Assembly (NCBI GenBank): GCA_026770705.1
Contig: JANJGN010000035.1
Coordinates: forward strand, 12,958,001-13,022,000
DNA length: 64,000 nucleotides
From: Isurus oxyrinchus
Lineage: Eukaryota
Direction: 5' to 3'
The position numbers and the translations under genes are program-made. Below, in pieces: positions 13,760 to 26,100 of this stretch. The stretch's first letter is position 1. Each line of letters begins with the position of its first letter. The notes under the pieces were generated by a model, which was given only the letters and a program-made list of their open reading frames with translations, was not told where the DNA came from and ran no database searches.

Positions 13760-15090
13760 GTGAGTGATTCAGTTCCCTATCCAGATGCGAATATGTCTTT
13801 AGTATGTCCAGTTGTACGTGGGTCTGCTCCCTGTCCAGGTGTGTGTGCCTTTACTCTGTCCATCCATGATTGGGTCAGTTCCCTATCTAGATGTGAATGT
13901 GTCTTTATCCATACAGTTGTGAGTGGGTCAGTTGTCTGTCCAGATTTGTGTGCCTAGTTTCTGTGACAGATGTCAGTGGATCAGTTACCTTTCCCTTTTG
14001 AATACGCCATTCCCCTGTGCAGATATGTGTAGGTATTTTCCCTGTCCAGATGTGTGTGTATATTTACCCTGCCCAATTGTGTTTGGGCTAATTCCCTGTC
14101 CAGATGTGTGTCCCTTTCCACTGAGTAGTTGTGAGTGCATCAGTTACTTGTCCAGGTATTAGCGTGTCTCTTCTCTGTCCATTTGAGAGTGGTTCCATTT
14201 CCTGTTCCAATGTGAATGTGTGTTTACCCTATCCAGTTGTGAATGGGTCTGTCCCCTATCCAGATTTGTTACAACTTTACCCTGTCCAGTTGTGAGTGGT
14301 CAGTTCCCTATCCAGATGTAAATGTGCCTTTACCCTGACCAACTGTGAGTGGGTCAGTTCCCTGTCCAGGTGTGCAAGTCTTTACTCTGTCCAGTTGTGA
14401 ATGGGTCAGTTCCATATCCAGATGTGAATGTGTCTTTAGCCTGTCCAGTTGTGCTTGGGTCAGTTCCATATCCAGGTGTGAATGTTTTTCCCCTGTCCAG
14501 TTGTGATTGGGTCAGTTCCTTACCCAGGTATGAGTGTGTTTTACCCCGTCCAGCTGTGAGTGCTTCAGTTCCCTATCCAGATGCGAATATGTCTTTAGTA
14601 TGTCCAGTTGTGAGTGGGTCAGCTCCCTGTCCAGGTGTATGTGCCTTTATTCTGTCCATCCATGATTGGGTCAGTTCCCTATCCAGATGTGAATGTGTCT
14701 TTATCCGTCCAGTTGTGAGTGGGTCAGTTCCCAGTCCAGATTTGTGTGCCTAGTTTCTGTGACAGATGTCAGTGGATCAGTTACCTTTCCCTTTTGAATA
14801 CGCCTTTCCCCTGTCCAGATATGTGTAGGTATTTTCCCTGTCCAGATGTGTGTGTATATTTACCCTGCCCAGTTGTGTTTGGGATAATTCCCTGTCCAGA
14901 TGTGTGTCCCTTTCCACTGAGTAGTTGTGAGTGCATCAGTTACTTGTCCAGGTATTAGCGTGTCTCTTCTCTGTTCATTTGAGAGTGGTTCGGTTTCCTG
15001 TTCCAATGTGAATGTGTGTTTACCCTGTCCAGTTGTGAATGGGTCTGTCCCCTATCCAGATTTGAGTGCAACTTTATCCCGTCCAGTTGT
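13760..15090 (+). repeat. Direct duplication with 796-bp offset (~13760-14295 and ~14556-15090)
   Basis: ATGCGAATATGTCTTTAGTATGTCC at 13785 and 14581. GTCCCCTATCCAGATTTG at 14251 and 15047. ORFs 13923 and 14719 are nearly identical. Confidence 0.88.
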
Positions 15091-16220
15091 GAGTGGGTCA
15101 GTTCCCTACCCAGATATGAGTGCATCTTTGCCCAGTCCAGTTGTGTCTGGGTCAGTTCCGTATCCCAATGTGAGTGTGTCTTTACTCTGTTTAGTTGTGA
15201 ATGGGTCAGTTCCCTATGCAGATGAGTGCGTCTTTTTTCTTTGCAATTGTGTGTGTCAGCTTCCATTCCAGATGTCAAAGTGTCTTTACCCTGTACAGTC
15301 CTTAGCGGGGCAGTTCCCTATCCCGATGTGAATGTGCCTTTACCCTATCCGGTTGAGAGTGGGTCAGTTCCCTGTCCAGAGTTGCCTATGCCTTTAGTCT
15401 GTCCGGTTGTGATTATGTCAGCTCTCTGTCCTGGTGTCAATGTGTCTTTCTCCTGTCCAGTTGTGAGTGGGTCAGCTCCCTATCCAGGCCTGAGTGTGCG
15501 TTTACCCTGTCTGGTGAGAATGGGTCAGTTACCTGTGCAGATTTGCCTATGTCTTTCGTCTGTCCAGTTGAGTTTGCATCAATTCCCTATCCAAATGTGA
15601 ATGCGTCTTTTCCCTGTCCAGTTGTGAGTGGGTCAGTTCCCTGTCCAGATTTGAGTGTGTCCTTACCCTGTCCAGCTGTGTGTGTGAGTCACACTCCCTT
15701 TTCAGATTTGAGTGTGTCCTTACCCTGTCCAGCTGTGTGTGTGAGTCAGTCTCCCTGTCCAGATCTCTGTGTATTTACACTTTCTGGTTGAGAGTGGGTC
15801 AGTTCCCTGCGCAGGAGCGTGTGCCTTTACTCTGTGCAGTTGTGATTGGGTCAGTTCTCTATCCAGGTGTGAGATTGTCTTTACCCTGTCTTAATGTGAG
15901 TGGATCAGTTCCCTCTACAGATTTGAATGTGTCTTTAGTTTGTCCAGTTGTTAGTGTGGCAGCTCTCTGTCCAAATTTGGGTGTCTCATTTCTCTGACAG
16001 ATGTGAGTGGGTCAGTTCCCTGTCCAGTTTGAATACGTCTTTCCCCTGTCCAGACATGTGCAGGTATTTTCCCAATCCAGATGTGAATGTGTGCTTGCCT
16101 GTCCAGTTATGATTGCAACAGTTCCCTATCCAGATCTTTATTCTGTCAATTCCCTGTGCAGGTGTGAGTGTGTATTGTCTCTTTGCAATTGTGAGTCAGC
16201 TCCCACTCCAGGCATCAATG

Positions 16221-16717
16221 CATTCCGTAGGGATCGTTCCCTCCGAGACACCCTGGTCCACTCCTCCATCACCCCCTACTCCTCAACCTCCACCTACAGC
16301 ACCTCCCCATGCATACGCAAAATATGCAATACCTGCCCCTTCACTTCCACTCTCCTCACTGTCCAAGGACCCAAACAGTCCTTTCATGTGAAGCAGCATT
16401 TCACTTCCATTTCCCCCATCCTAGTCTACTGCATTCTCTGCTCCCATTGCGGTCTCCTCTACATTGTAGAGACCAAACCCAGACTGGGCGACCGCTTTGC
16501 AGAACACCTGCGGTCTGTCTGCAAGAATGACCCAAACCTCCCTGTCGCTTGCCATTTTAACACTCCACCCTGCTCTCTTGCCCACATGTCTGTCCTTGGC
16601 TTGCTGCCTTGTTCCAGTGAAGCCCAACGCAAACTGGAGGAACAACACCTCATCTTCCGACTAGGCACTTTACAGCCTTCCGGACTGAATATTGAGTTCA
16701 ACAACTTTAGATATTGA
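16221..16717 (+). pseudogene. GIY-YIG endonuclease domain remnant of a Penelope-like element ORF (no RT domain)
   Basis: Translation AFRRDRSLRDTLVHS...PCIRKICNTCPF...LVYCILCSHCGLLYIVETKPRLGDRFAEH...VACHFN...LEEQHLIFRLGTLQPSGLNIEF* matches the PLE linker Cys cluster and the VY/YIG, R, E and GLN motifs. YIG has become YIV (GTA at 16466-16468). Stop codon at 16715-16717. Confidence 0.88.
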
Positions 16718-17103
16718 ACTCATTCCTCCATCCCCAGCCCCTTTCTGTTTCTTCCCCCTCCCTTTTGTTTATTCCAATAATTTATATAGATTTTTCTTTT
16801 CCCACCTATTTCCATTATTTTTAAATCTATACCTTTTATGCCCTTTTGGTCTTATTTCACCCCACCCCCACTAGAGCTGTACCTTGCATGTCCTACCATC
16901 CATTCTTAATTAGCACATTCTTTTAGATAATATCACCACCTTCAACACCTCTGTGTTCTTTTGTTCTTTTGTCTGTGACATCTTTTGATTATCTGCTCCT
17001 ATCACTGCTTGCTCGTCCCTACAACCACCACCCCCCCATTTCTCTCTGCCCAACCCCCCACCTTAAACCAGCTTATATATTCACCCCTCTCCTATTTTTA
17101 CTT

Positions 17104-17142
17104 AGTTCTGTTGAAGGGTCATGAGGACTCAAAATGTCAACT
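17104..17142 (+). ncRNA. Degenerate minimal type-I hammerhead ribozyme in the PLE terminal repeat
   Basis: AGTT-CTGTTGA-A-GGGTC-ATGAG-GACTC-AAAAT-GTC-AACT. Stem I is AGTT/AACT, stem II is GGGTC/GACTC, and the cleavage triplet is GTC. The core deviates from CUGANGA...GAAAC: A>U in the first box, and CGAAACG>CAAAATG, consistent with CpG decay. Minimal hammerheads are established components of PLEs. Confidence 0.72.
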
Positions 17143-20100
17143 TGGTTCTTCTCTGCCGATGCTGCCAGATCTGCTAAGTTTTTCCAGGTAATTCTGTTTT
17201 TGTCAATGTGTCTTCACTCTGTCTAGTTCTGATTCAGTCAGTTCCCTATCCCGACGTGAATGTGTATTTACCCTGTCCACTTGTGAGTGGGTCAGTTCCC
17301 TATCCAGATTTGAGTGTGCATTTACCCTGTCCAGTTGTGAGTGGGTAGTGCCCTGTCCAAATTTGAGTGTGCCTTTATCATGGCCTGTTGAGAGTGGGCT
17401 AGATCCCCATCCAGGTGTGAGTGTATGTTTTTTTCTGCCCGGTTGTGATTGGGTACGTTCCCTATCCAGGTGTGAACGTGCCTTTCCCCTGTCTGGTTGG
17501 AGTGGGTCAATTCCCTGTCTAGATTTGCATGACCCCTTAATCTGCTCGGTTGTATGAATGTCAGCTTTCTATCCAGATTTGAGTATCTAGTTTCTCTTAC
17601 AGGTGTGAGTGGCTCAGTTACCAGTCCACTTTTGAATTCGTCTTTTCCATGTCCAGGTATGTGCAGGTATTTTCCCTATCCAGATGTGAGTGTGTGTGTG
17701 TTTTGCCTGTCCAGTTATGATTGCACCAGTTCCCTATGCAGATGTGAGTGCATCTTTCCTCTTTGCAATTGTGTGTGTCAGCTCCCACCCCAGACTTCGA
17801 TGTGTCTTTAACCTGTTCAGTTCTGATTCGGTCAATTCCCTATCCTGATGTGAATGTGCATTTACCCTGGCCAGTTGTGAGTGAGTCAGTTCCCTGTCCA
17901 GATTTGCCAGTGTTTTTAGTCTGTCCAGTTGTGATTATGTCAGCTTTCTGCCCAGGTGTGAATGTGCCTTTCCCCTGTCTGGGTGGAGTGGTTTAGTTCC
18001 CTGTCCAGACATGTGAAGGTATTTTCCTTATCCACATGTAAGAGTGCCTTTTGCCTGCCTAGTTATGTGTGCATCAGTTCCCTATTCAGATGTGAATGTG
18101 TATTTACCCAGTCCAATATTGAGTAGGTCAGTTCCCTCTCTGGATTTGAGTGTGTCCTTACCCTGTCCAGTTGTGTGTGTGTCAGTCTCCCTGACCAGAT
18201 TTGAGTTTGCCTTTCAACTGCCTGTTTGAGATTGTGTCTGATCACTGTCCAAATTTGAGTATGCGTTTATCATGTCCACTTGTATGTGTGCCAGATCCCC
18301 ACCCAGATTTGAGTGTATATTTTCCCTGTCCTGTTGTGAGTAGGTCAGTTCCCTATCCAGGTGTGAATGTGTCTTTTCCCTGTCCACATGAGAGTGGGTC
18401 AGTTCCCTGTCTAGATTTGCATGTGTCATTGCACTGTCCGCTTGGGAGTATGTCAGCTCTCTGTCCAGATTTGAGTGTCTAGTTTCTCTGACAGGTGTGA
18501 GTAGTTCAGTTACCTGTCCATGTTTGAATTCATCATTCCTCTCTCCAGAAATGTGCAGGTATTTTCCCTTCCAGATGTGTGTATGTCTCTTTCATGTCCA
18601 GTTTTGATTGCATGATTGCATTAGTTTCTTATGCAAACGTGAGTGTGTCTTTATTCTGTCCAATTGTGTGATTCAGATCCCAATCCAGATATGCATCTGC
18701 CTTTACCCTGTGCAGTTGTCAGTGGGTCAGTTTCCTATCCAGTTTTGAGTGTTGTTTACCTTGTCCAGTGAAAGTGGGTCAGCTCCCTATCCAGAGTTGA
18801 GTGTGCGTTTACCTTGTCTGTTGAGAGTGGGTCAGTTTCTTATCCAGATTTGAGTGTGTGTTTACCCTTTCCGACGAGAGTGGCTCAGTTCCCTATCCCG
18901 AATTGATTGTGCGTTTACCCTGTCCGGTTGTGAGTGGGTCAGTGGCCTGTCCAGGTTTGCATGTGTCTTTAGTCAGTCCGGTTGTGATTATGTCTGCTCT
19001 CGGCCCAGGTGTGAACGTGTCTTTCCCTGTCCAGGCATGTGCAGGAAGTTTCCCTATCCAGATGTGAGTGTGTCTTTGCTCTGTTCAGTTGTGAGTAGGT
19101 CAGTTCCCTACGCAGAATTGAGTGTGTCTTTTCCCTTTGCAATTGTGTGAGTCAGCTCCCACTCCAGACATCACCTTGTCTTTACCCTGTCCAGTCCTGA
19201 ATGGGTCAGTTCCCTGTCCCGACGTGAACGCGTATTTACTCTATCCAGTTTTGAGTATGTCAGTTTCTTGTCTAGACTTGAGTGTGTCCTTACCCTGTCC
19301 AGTTGTGTGTGGGTCAGTTCCATCTCTAGATTTGAGTGTGTCCCTACCCTGTCCAGTTGTGCGTGTGTCAGTCTCCCTATCCAGGTTTGAGAGTGTTTTA
19401 CCCTGTCCAGTTGTGTGTGTACCAGTTCCCTGTCCAGATTTGAGTGTACCTTTACTCTGTCCGGTTGAGAGTCGGTCAGTTCCTTGTCCAGATTTGAGTA
19501 TGCGTTTATCATGTCCGGATGAGAGTGGGCCAGATCCCCATCCAGACGTGAGTGTGTATTTTACCTGCCCAGTTCTAAGTGAGCCGTCTCCCTGTCCAGA
19601 TTTGAATGTGTCTTTAGTCTGTCCAGTTGTTCTTGGGTCAGTTGCCTATCCAGGTGTGAATATGTCTTTCCCCTGTCCGGTTGGAGTGGATCAGTTCTCT
19701 GTCCAGATTTACATGTGTCATTATTCTGTCCAGTTGTGAGTGTGTCAGCTCTCTGTCCAGATTTGAGTGTCTCGTTTCTCTGACAGGTGTGAGTGGCTCA
19801 GTTACCTGTCCACATTTCAATTTGTTTTTCCCACGTCCAGACATGTTCAGATATCTTCCCTGTCCAGATGTGTGCGTGTGGTTTGCCTGTCCAGTTTTGA
19901 TTTCATCAGTTCCCTCTGCAGATGTGTGTCTTTACTCTGTCCAATTGTGTGAGTCAGTTCCTTATCCAGATGTTAATCTGTCTTTAGCCTGTCCAATTGT
20001 CAGTGGGTCAGTTCCCTATCCATATGTCAATGTGTCTTTACTCTGTCCCCTATGCAGACGTGAGTGCGTCTTTTCTCTTTGCCATTGTGTGAGTCAGCTC

Positions 20101-23100
20101 CCACTGCAGATGTTAATGTATCTTTACCTTGTCCAGTTTTGATTGGGTCAGTTCCTTGTCCAGATTTGATTGTGTCCTTTACCTGTCCAGCTATGTGTGT
20201 GTGTCAGTCTCCCTGTTCAGATTTGAGTGTGTCTTTACCATGTTCAGTTGAGAGTGGCTCAGTTACCTATCCAAATTTGTGTGTCTTTTCCCTACCCGGT
20301 GAGAATGGGTCAGTTCCTCATCCAGAGGTGAGTGTATATTTGCCCTTTCCAGTTGTGAGTCGATCAGTTCCCATTCCATATTTGCGTGTGTCTTTAGCCT
20401 GCCCAGTTGTGACTGTATCAGCTCACTGTCCGGTGTGAATGTGTCCCCTGGCTGGGTGGAGTGGGTCTGTTTCCTGTCTATGTTTGTATACATCATCCCT
20501 CTGTCCAGACATGTACAGGTATTTTCCCCTTCCAGATATGAGTGTGCCTTATGATTGCATCAGTCCCCTATCCAGATGTGAACGTATATGACCATTGTCC
20601 AGTTGTGAATGGGTCAGTTGCCTTTCCAGATTTGAGTGTGTCCTTACCCAGTCCAGTTGAGAGTGGGCCAGATCCCCATCCAGATGTGAACGTATATGAT
20701 CCCTGTCTGGTGTGAGTGGGTCAGTTCCTTGTCCACGTTTGAATACATCTTTGCCCTTCCCAGACATGTGCAGATATTTTCCCTATCCAGGCATAAGTGT
20801 GTCTTTTGCCTGTCCAGTTATGATTGCATCAGTTCCTGAAACAGATGTGAGTGTTTATGATCCCTGTCCAGTTGTGAGTGGGTCAGTTCCCTATGAAGAT
20901 GTGAATGCGTCTTTTCTCTTTGAAATTGTGTGAGTCAGCTCCCAATCCAGATGTCAATGTGTCTTTACCCTGTCCAGTCCTGAGTGGGTAGGTTTCCTCT
21001 GTAGATTTGTGTATCTTTACCCTGTCCAGTTGTGAGTGTGTCAGCTCTCTGTCCAGATTTGCATGTGTCTTTAGTCTGTCCGGTTGTCCATGTGTCAGCT
21101 CTCTGTCCAGCTGTGAGTGTCTAGTTTCTCTGACAGATGTGAGTGGTTCAGTTACCTGTCCACGTTTGAATAAGTCTTTCCCCTGCCCAGACATTTGGAG
21201 GTATATTCCCCATCCAGATGTTAGTGTGTCTTTTGTCTGTCCAGCTATGATTGCATCAATTCCCTATCCAGAGGTGAGTGTGTCTTTATTCTGTTCAGTT
21301 GTGAGTGGGTCAGTTTCCCCCTACAGATGTGAGCAAATCTTTTCTCTGTCCTTTTGTGTGAATCAGTTCCCACTCCAGATGTCAATGTGTATTTACCCTG
21401 TCCTATTGTGAGTGGGTCAGTCTGCTATTCTGATTTGTGTGTGTCTTTATCCTGTCCAGTTGAGAGTGGGTCAGCTCCCTATCCTGTGTTGATTGTGCGT
21501 TTACCCTGTCCGGTTGTGAGTGGGTCTGTTCCGTTTCCAGATTTGAGTGTGGGCCAGATCCCCATCCAGATGTGAATATATATGATCCCTGTCCAGTTGT
21601 GAGTGGGTCAGCTCCCTATCCAGATTCAAGTGTGTCTTTTCCCTGACCAGTTGTGATTGGGTCAGTTTATTTCCCAGATTTGAGTGAGTCTTTCCCATGT
21701 CCATTTGACAATGGATCAGTTCCCTGTCCAGATTTGAGTGTGTCTTTAGTCTGTCTAGTTGTGATTGGGTAAGTTCCCCTGTCCGGCTGGAGTGGGTCAG
21801 TTCCCTGTCCAAGTTTGAATATATCTTTCCCCTGTCCAGACGTGTGCAGGTATTTTCCCTATCCAGATGTAAGTGTGTCTTTTGCCTGTCCGGTTATGAT
21901 TGCATCAGTTCCTTTCCAAATATGAGTGCATCTTTCGTCTTTGCAATTGTGTGAGTCAGCTCCCACTCCAGATGTCAATGTGTCTTTATCCTGTCCAGAC
22001 CTGAGTGTGTCAGGTCCCTATCCCAATGTGAATATGTCTTAACCCTGCCCAGTTGTGCATGTGTCAGTTCCCTGTCCAGATTTGAGTGTGCCTTTACCAT
22101 GTCCGGTTGGGACTGGGTCAGTTCCCTGCCTAGATATGAGTATCATTTATCATGTCCGGTTGAGTGAGGGTCAGTTCCCCATCCAGATGTGAGTGTATAT
22201 TTTCCCTGTCCAGTTATGATTGGGTCAGTTCCCTGTCCAGGTGTGTATGTCTTTCCCCTGTCTAGTTTTGAGTATTTTAGCTCTCTGTCCAGATGTGCGT
22301 GTATCTTTAGCCTGTCCAGCTGTGAGTGTGTCAGCTCTCCGTCCAGATTTGACTGTCTCATTTCTCTGACAGGTGTAAGTGGCTCAGTTCCCTGTTCACG
22401 TTTGAATACGTCTTTCCCCTGTCCAGACATGTGCAGGTATTTTCCAAATCCAGATGTGAGAGTGTGTTTACCTGACTAGTTGTGAGTGGTCAGTTCCATG
22501 TCCTGAAGTGAGTGTGTCTTTACCCTTTCTGGTTGAGAGTCGGTCAGTTCCCTGCCCAGGTGTGTGTGTCCTTGCCCTGTCCACTTGTGAGTGGGGTCAT
22601 TTCCCTATCCAGGTGTGAGTGTGTCTTTCCCCTGCCCAGTTGTGAGTATTACAGCTCTCTGTCGAGATTTGAGTGTCTAGTTTCTCTGACAGGTGTGAGT
22701 GGGTCAGCTCCCTGCCAAGTTTGAATACATTTTTCCCCTGTCCAGACATGTGCAGGTATTTTCCCTATCCAGATATGAGTGTGTCTTTACCCTGTCCAGC
22801 TGTGAGTGGGTCAGTTTCTCATGCAGATGTGAGTGCTACTTTTCTCTTTGCAATTGTATGAATCAGTTCCCTCTCCAGATGTCAATGTCTTTACTCTGTC
22901 CTGTTGTCAGTGGGTCAGTTCCCTGCCCAGATATGATTGTGTATTTATCTTGTCCAGTTGTGAGTTGGTCAGTTCCATATCCAGATTTGAATGTACCTTT
23001 ATCCTGTGCAGTGAGAGTGGGTCAGTTTCCTATTTAGATGTGAGTGTCTATTTGTCCTGCCCAGTTGTGAGTTGGTCAGCTCTCTGTCCAGATGTGAATA

Positions 23101-26100
23101 TGTGTTTCCCCTCTCCTGACATGTGCAGGTATTTTCCATATCCAAATGTTTGTGTGTCTTTACTCTTTCCAGTTGTGAGTGGGTCACTTCCCAATCCAGA
23201 TTTGAGTGTGCGTTTACCCTGTTCGGTTGAGAGTGGGTCAGTCCCCTATCCAGGTGTGTGTGTCTTTCCCCTGTCCAGCTGTGAGTGGGTCAGTTCCCTG
23301 TCCCGATTTGCTTGTGTTTTAGTCTTCCCGTTGTGAGTATGTCAGCTCTCTGTCTAGATGAGTGTCTAGTTTCTCTGACAGATGTGAGTAGCTCAGTTAC
23401 CAGTCCACATTTGAATATGCCTTTCCCCTCTCTAGACATGTGCAGGTATTTCCCCTATCCAGATGTGTGTGTCTTTACTCTTTCCAGTTGTGAGTGGGCC
23501 ACTTACCTATCCAGATTTGACTGTGCATTTACCCTGTCTGATTGAGAGTGGGTCAGTTCCCTGTCCAGGTGTGTGTGTCTTTGCTCTGTCCAGTTGTGAT
23601 TGGGTCAGTCCCCTATCAAGGTGTGAGTGTGTCTTCACCTGTCCAGCTATGAGTGGGTCAGTCCCCTGTCCAAATTTGCGTATGTCTTTAGTCTGTCCAG
23701 TTATGAGTATGTCAGCTCTCTGCCCAGATTTGTGTGTCTAGTTTCTCTGACAGATGTGAGTGGGTCAGTTACCTGTCCACGTTCGAATACATCTTTCCCC
23801 TGTCCAGACATGTGCAGGTATTTTCCTTATTGAGATGTGACTGTGTCTTTTGCCTGTCCAGTTATGATTGCCTCAGTTTCCTATCAAGATGTCAATCTGT
23901 CTTTACTCTGTCCAGTTGTGAGTGGGACAATTCCCTATGCAGATGTGTGTGTGTCTTTTCTCTTTTCAATTGTGTGAGTCAGTTCCCACTCCAGATGTCA
24001 ATGTGTCTTTACCCTGTCCAGTTGTGAGTGGGTCAGTTCCCTATCCAGATTTGATTGTGTGTTGACCTTTTCCGGTGAGAGTAGGTCATTTCCCTATCCA
24101 GATGTGTGTATATTTACTCTGTCCAGTTGTGAGTGGGCTTGTTCCCTATCCAGGTTTTAATATGTTTACCATGTCCATCTGACAGTGGGTCAGTTCTCTG
24201 TCCAGATTTGTTTGTCTAGTTTCTCTGACAGATGTGAGTGGGTCAATTACCTGTCCACGTTTGAATGCATCTTTCCCCTGTCCAGACATGTGCAGGTATT
24301 TTCCTTATCGAGATGTGACTGTGTCTTTTGTCTGTCCAGTCATGATTGCCTCAGTTTCCTATCAAGATGTCAATCTGTCTTTACCCTGTCCAGTTGTGAG
24401 TGGGACAGTTCCCTATCCAGGTCCTTGTCCTGTCCAATTGTTATTCAGTTCCCTCTCCAGATGTCAATGTGTCTTTACCCTGTCCAGTTGTGAGTGGGTC
24501 AGTTCCCTGCAGATTTGAGTATCTAGAATCTTTGACAGATGTGAGTGGCCCAGTTACCTGTCCACATTTGAATTTGTCTTTCCCATGTCCAGACATGTAG
24601 AGGTATTTCCCCAATCCAGATGTGCGTGTGTATTTTGCCTGTCCAGTTATGATTGCATCAGTTCCCTATCCAGGTGTAACTGAGTCTTCACTCTGTCCAA
24701 ATGTGTAAATCAGCCCCCACTCCAGACGTCAATGTGTCTTTATCCTGTCCAGTTGTCTGTGGGTCAATTCCCTGTCCAGATTTGAGTGTGTGTTTACTCT
24801 GTGCGATTGAGTGTGGGTCAGTTCATGTCCAGTTGTGAGTGTGTTTTTAATCTGACAAGTTTTGAGTGGGCCAGCTCCCTATCCAGATGTGAGTCTTGTC
24901 TTTCCCCTGTATTGATGCTGGTGTGTCAGTTTCCTTGTTCAGATGTGAGCAAGTATTTCCTCTTTCCTGTCGAGAGTGGTTCAGTTCCCTGTTCCGATAT
25001 GAAAACCCTCCCCAGCCCAGCTGTGAGTGGGTCAGTTACCTGTCCTAAGTTGTATATACATTTACTCTGTACCGTTGTGAATGATCCAGTTCCGTCTTCC
25101 AAATTGAATGTGTCTTTTTCCTGTCCAGCTGTGAACATCTAGCAGCCAATTCAGCCTCCATTGTTTCTTAACCCTACATAAATGTGGAGGTGTCAGGTCC
25201 CTGTCCAGCTGTAAGTGTGCCTTTCCACTGCCCAGTTGTGAGTCGATCAGTTCCATTTCCATATTTGAGTGTGTCATTACCCTGTCCAGTTACAAGTGGG
25301 CAGTTCCCTGTCCAGATTTGTATGTTGCCTTTCCCCTGTGCAGTTGCAAGTGTGTCAATTATTTGTACAGATGTGAGTGTGTGTTTCTAATGCCCAGCCC
25401 AGATGTGAGTGGGTCAGTTCCCTGTCCACAGTTGTATGTACGTTTACCCTGTCCAGTTGCGAATGCTCCAGTTCCCTGACCTGACTTAAATGTATCTTTT
25501 CCCTGTCCACTTTTGAGTGTCCAGTAGCTGATCCAGACTTGTGTGTGACTTTACCCTGTACAAATGTGATTTGGCCAGTACCCTGTCCAGATTTGTGTGT
25601 CTTTCCCCTGTCCAGCAGTGAGTGGCTCAGTTCCATGTCCAGATGTGAATGTGTCTTTACCCTATCCAGTTGTGAGTGGGTCAGTTCCCTATCCAGATTT
25701 GAATTCGTTTACGCTATCTGGTTGGGAGCGGGTCAGTTCCCTATCCATGCTTAAGCATGCATTTACCTTGCCCAGTTCTGAGTGGGTCAGTTCCCTATCC
25801 AGATGTGAGTGTGTATTTACCCTGTCCAGTTGTGAGTGGTCAGTTCCATGTCCTGAAGTGAATGCGTCTTTACCCCTTCTGGTTAAGAGTGGGTCAGTTC
25901 TCAGCCCAGGTGTGAGTGTGCATTTCCCCTGTCTGGTTGTGAGTTGGTCAGTCCCTTGTCCAAGTTTGAGTGCTGACTTTCCCCTGTGCAGTTGCAAGTG
26001 CGTCAATAACTTGTTCAGGTCTGAGTATGTTTTTCCTCTGAGTATGTTTTTCAGTTGTGAATGCTCCTGTTCCCTGACCTCATTTAAATGTGTCTTTCCC

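Larger units (their letters stand above)
16221..17202 (+). mobile_element. 5'-truncated Penelope-like retroelement (EN+, GIY-YIG) inserted in the satellite
   Basis: Non-satellite segment encoding a C-terminal GIY-YIG domain, followed by a pyrimidine-rich 3' region and a hammerhead-like motif. It is flanked by TCAATG on both sides (16215-16220, 17203-17208), a candidate TSD. The uninterrupted site CTCCCACTCCAGATGTCAATGTG is seen elsewhere in the array (e.g. ~21960). Confidence 0.9.

Noticed and set aside
25140-25190. Apparent non-satellite insert
   Set aside because: It resembles the diverged layer-3 monomers at ~32550-32600, so it is a satellite variant.
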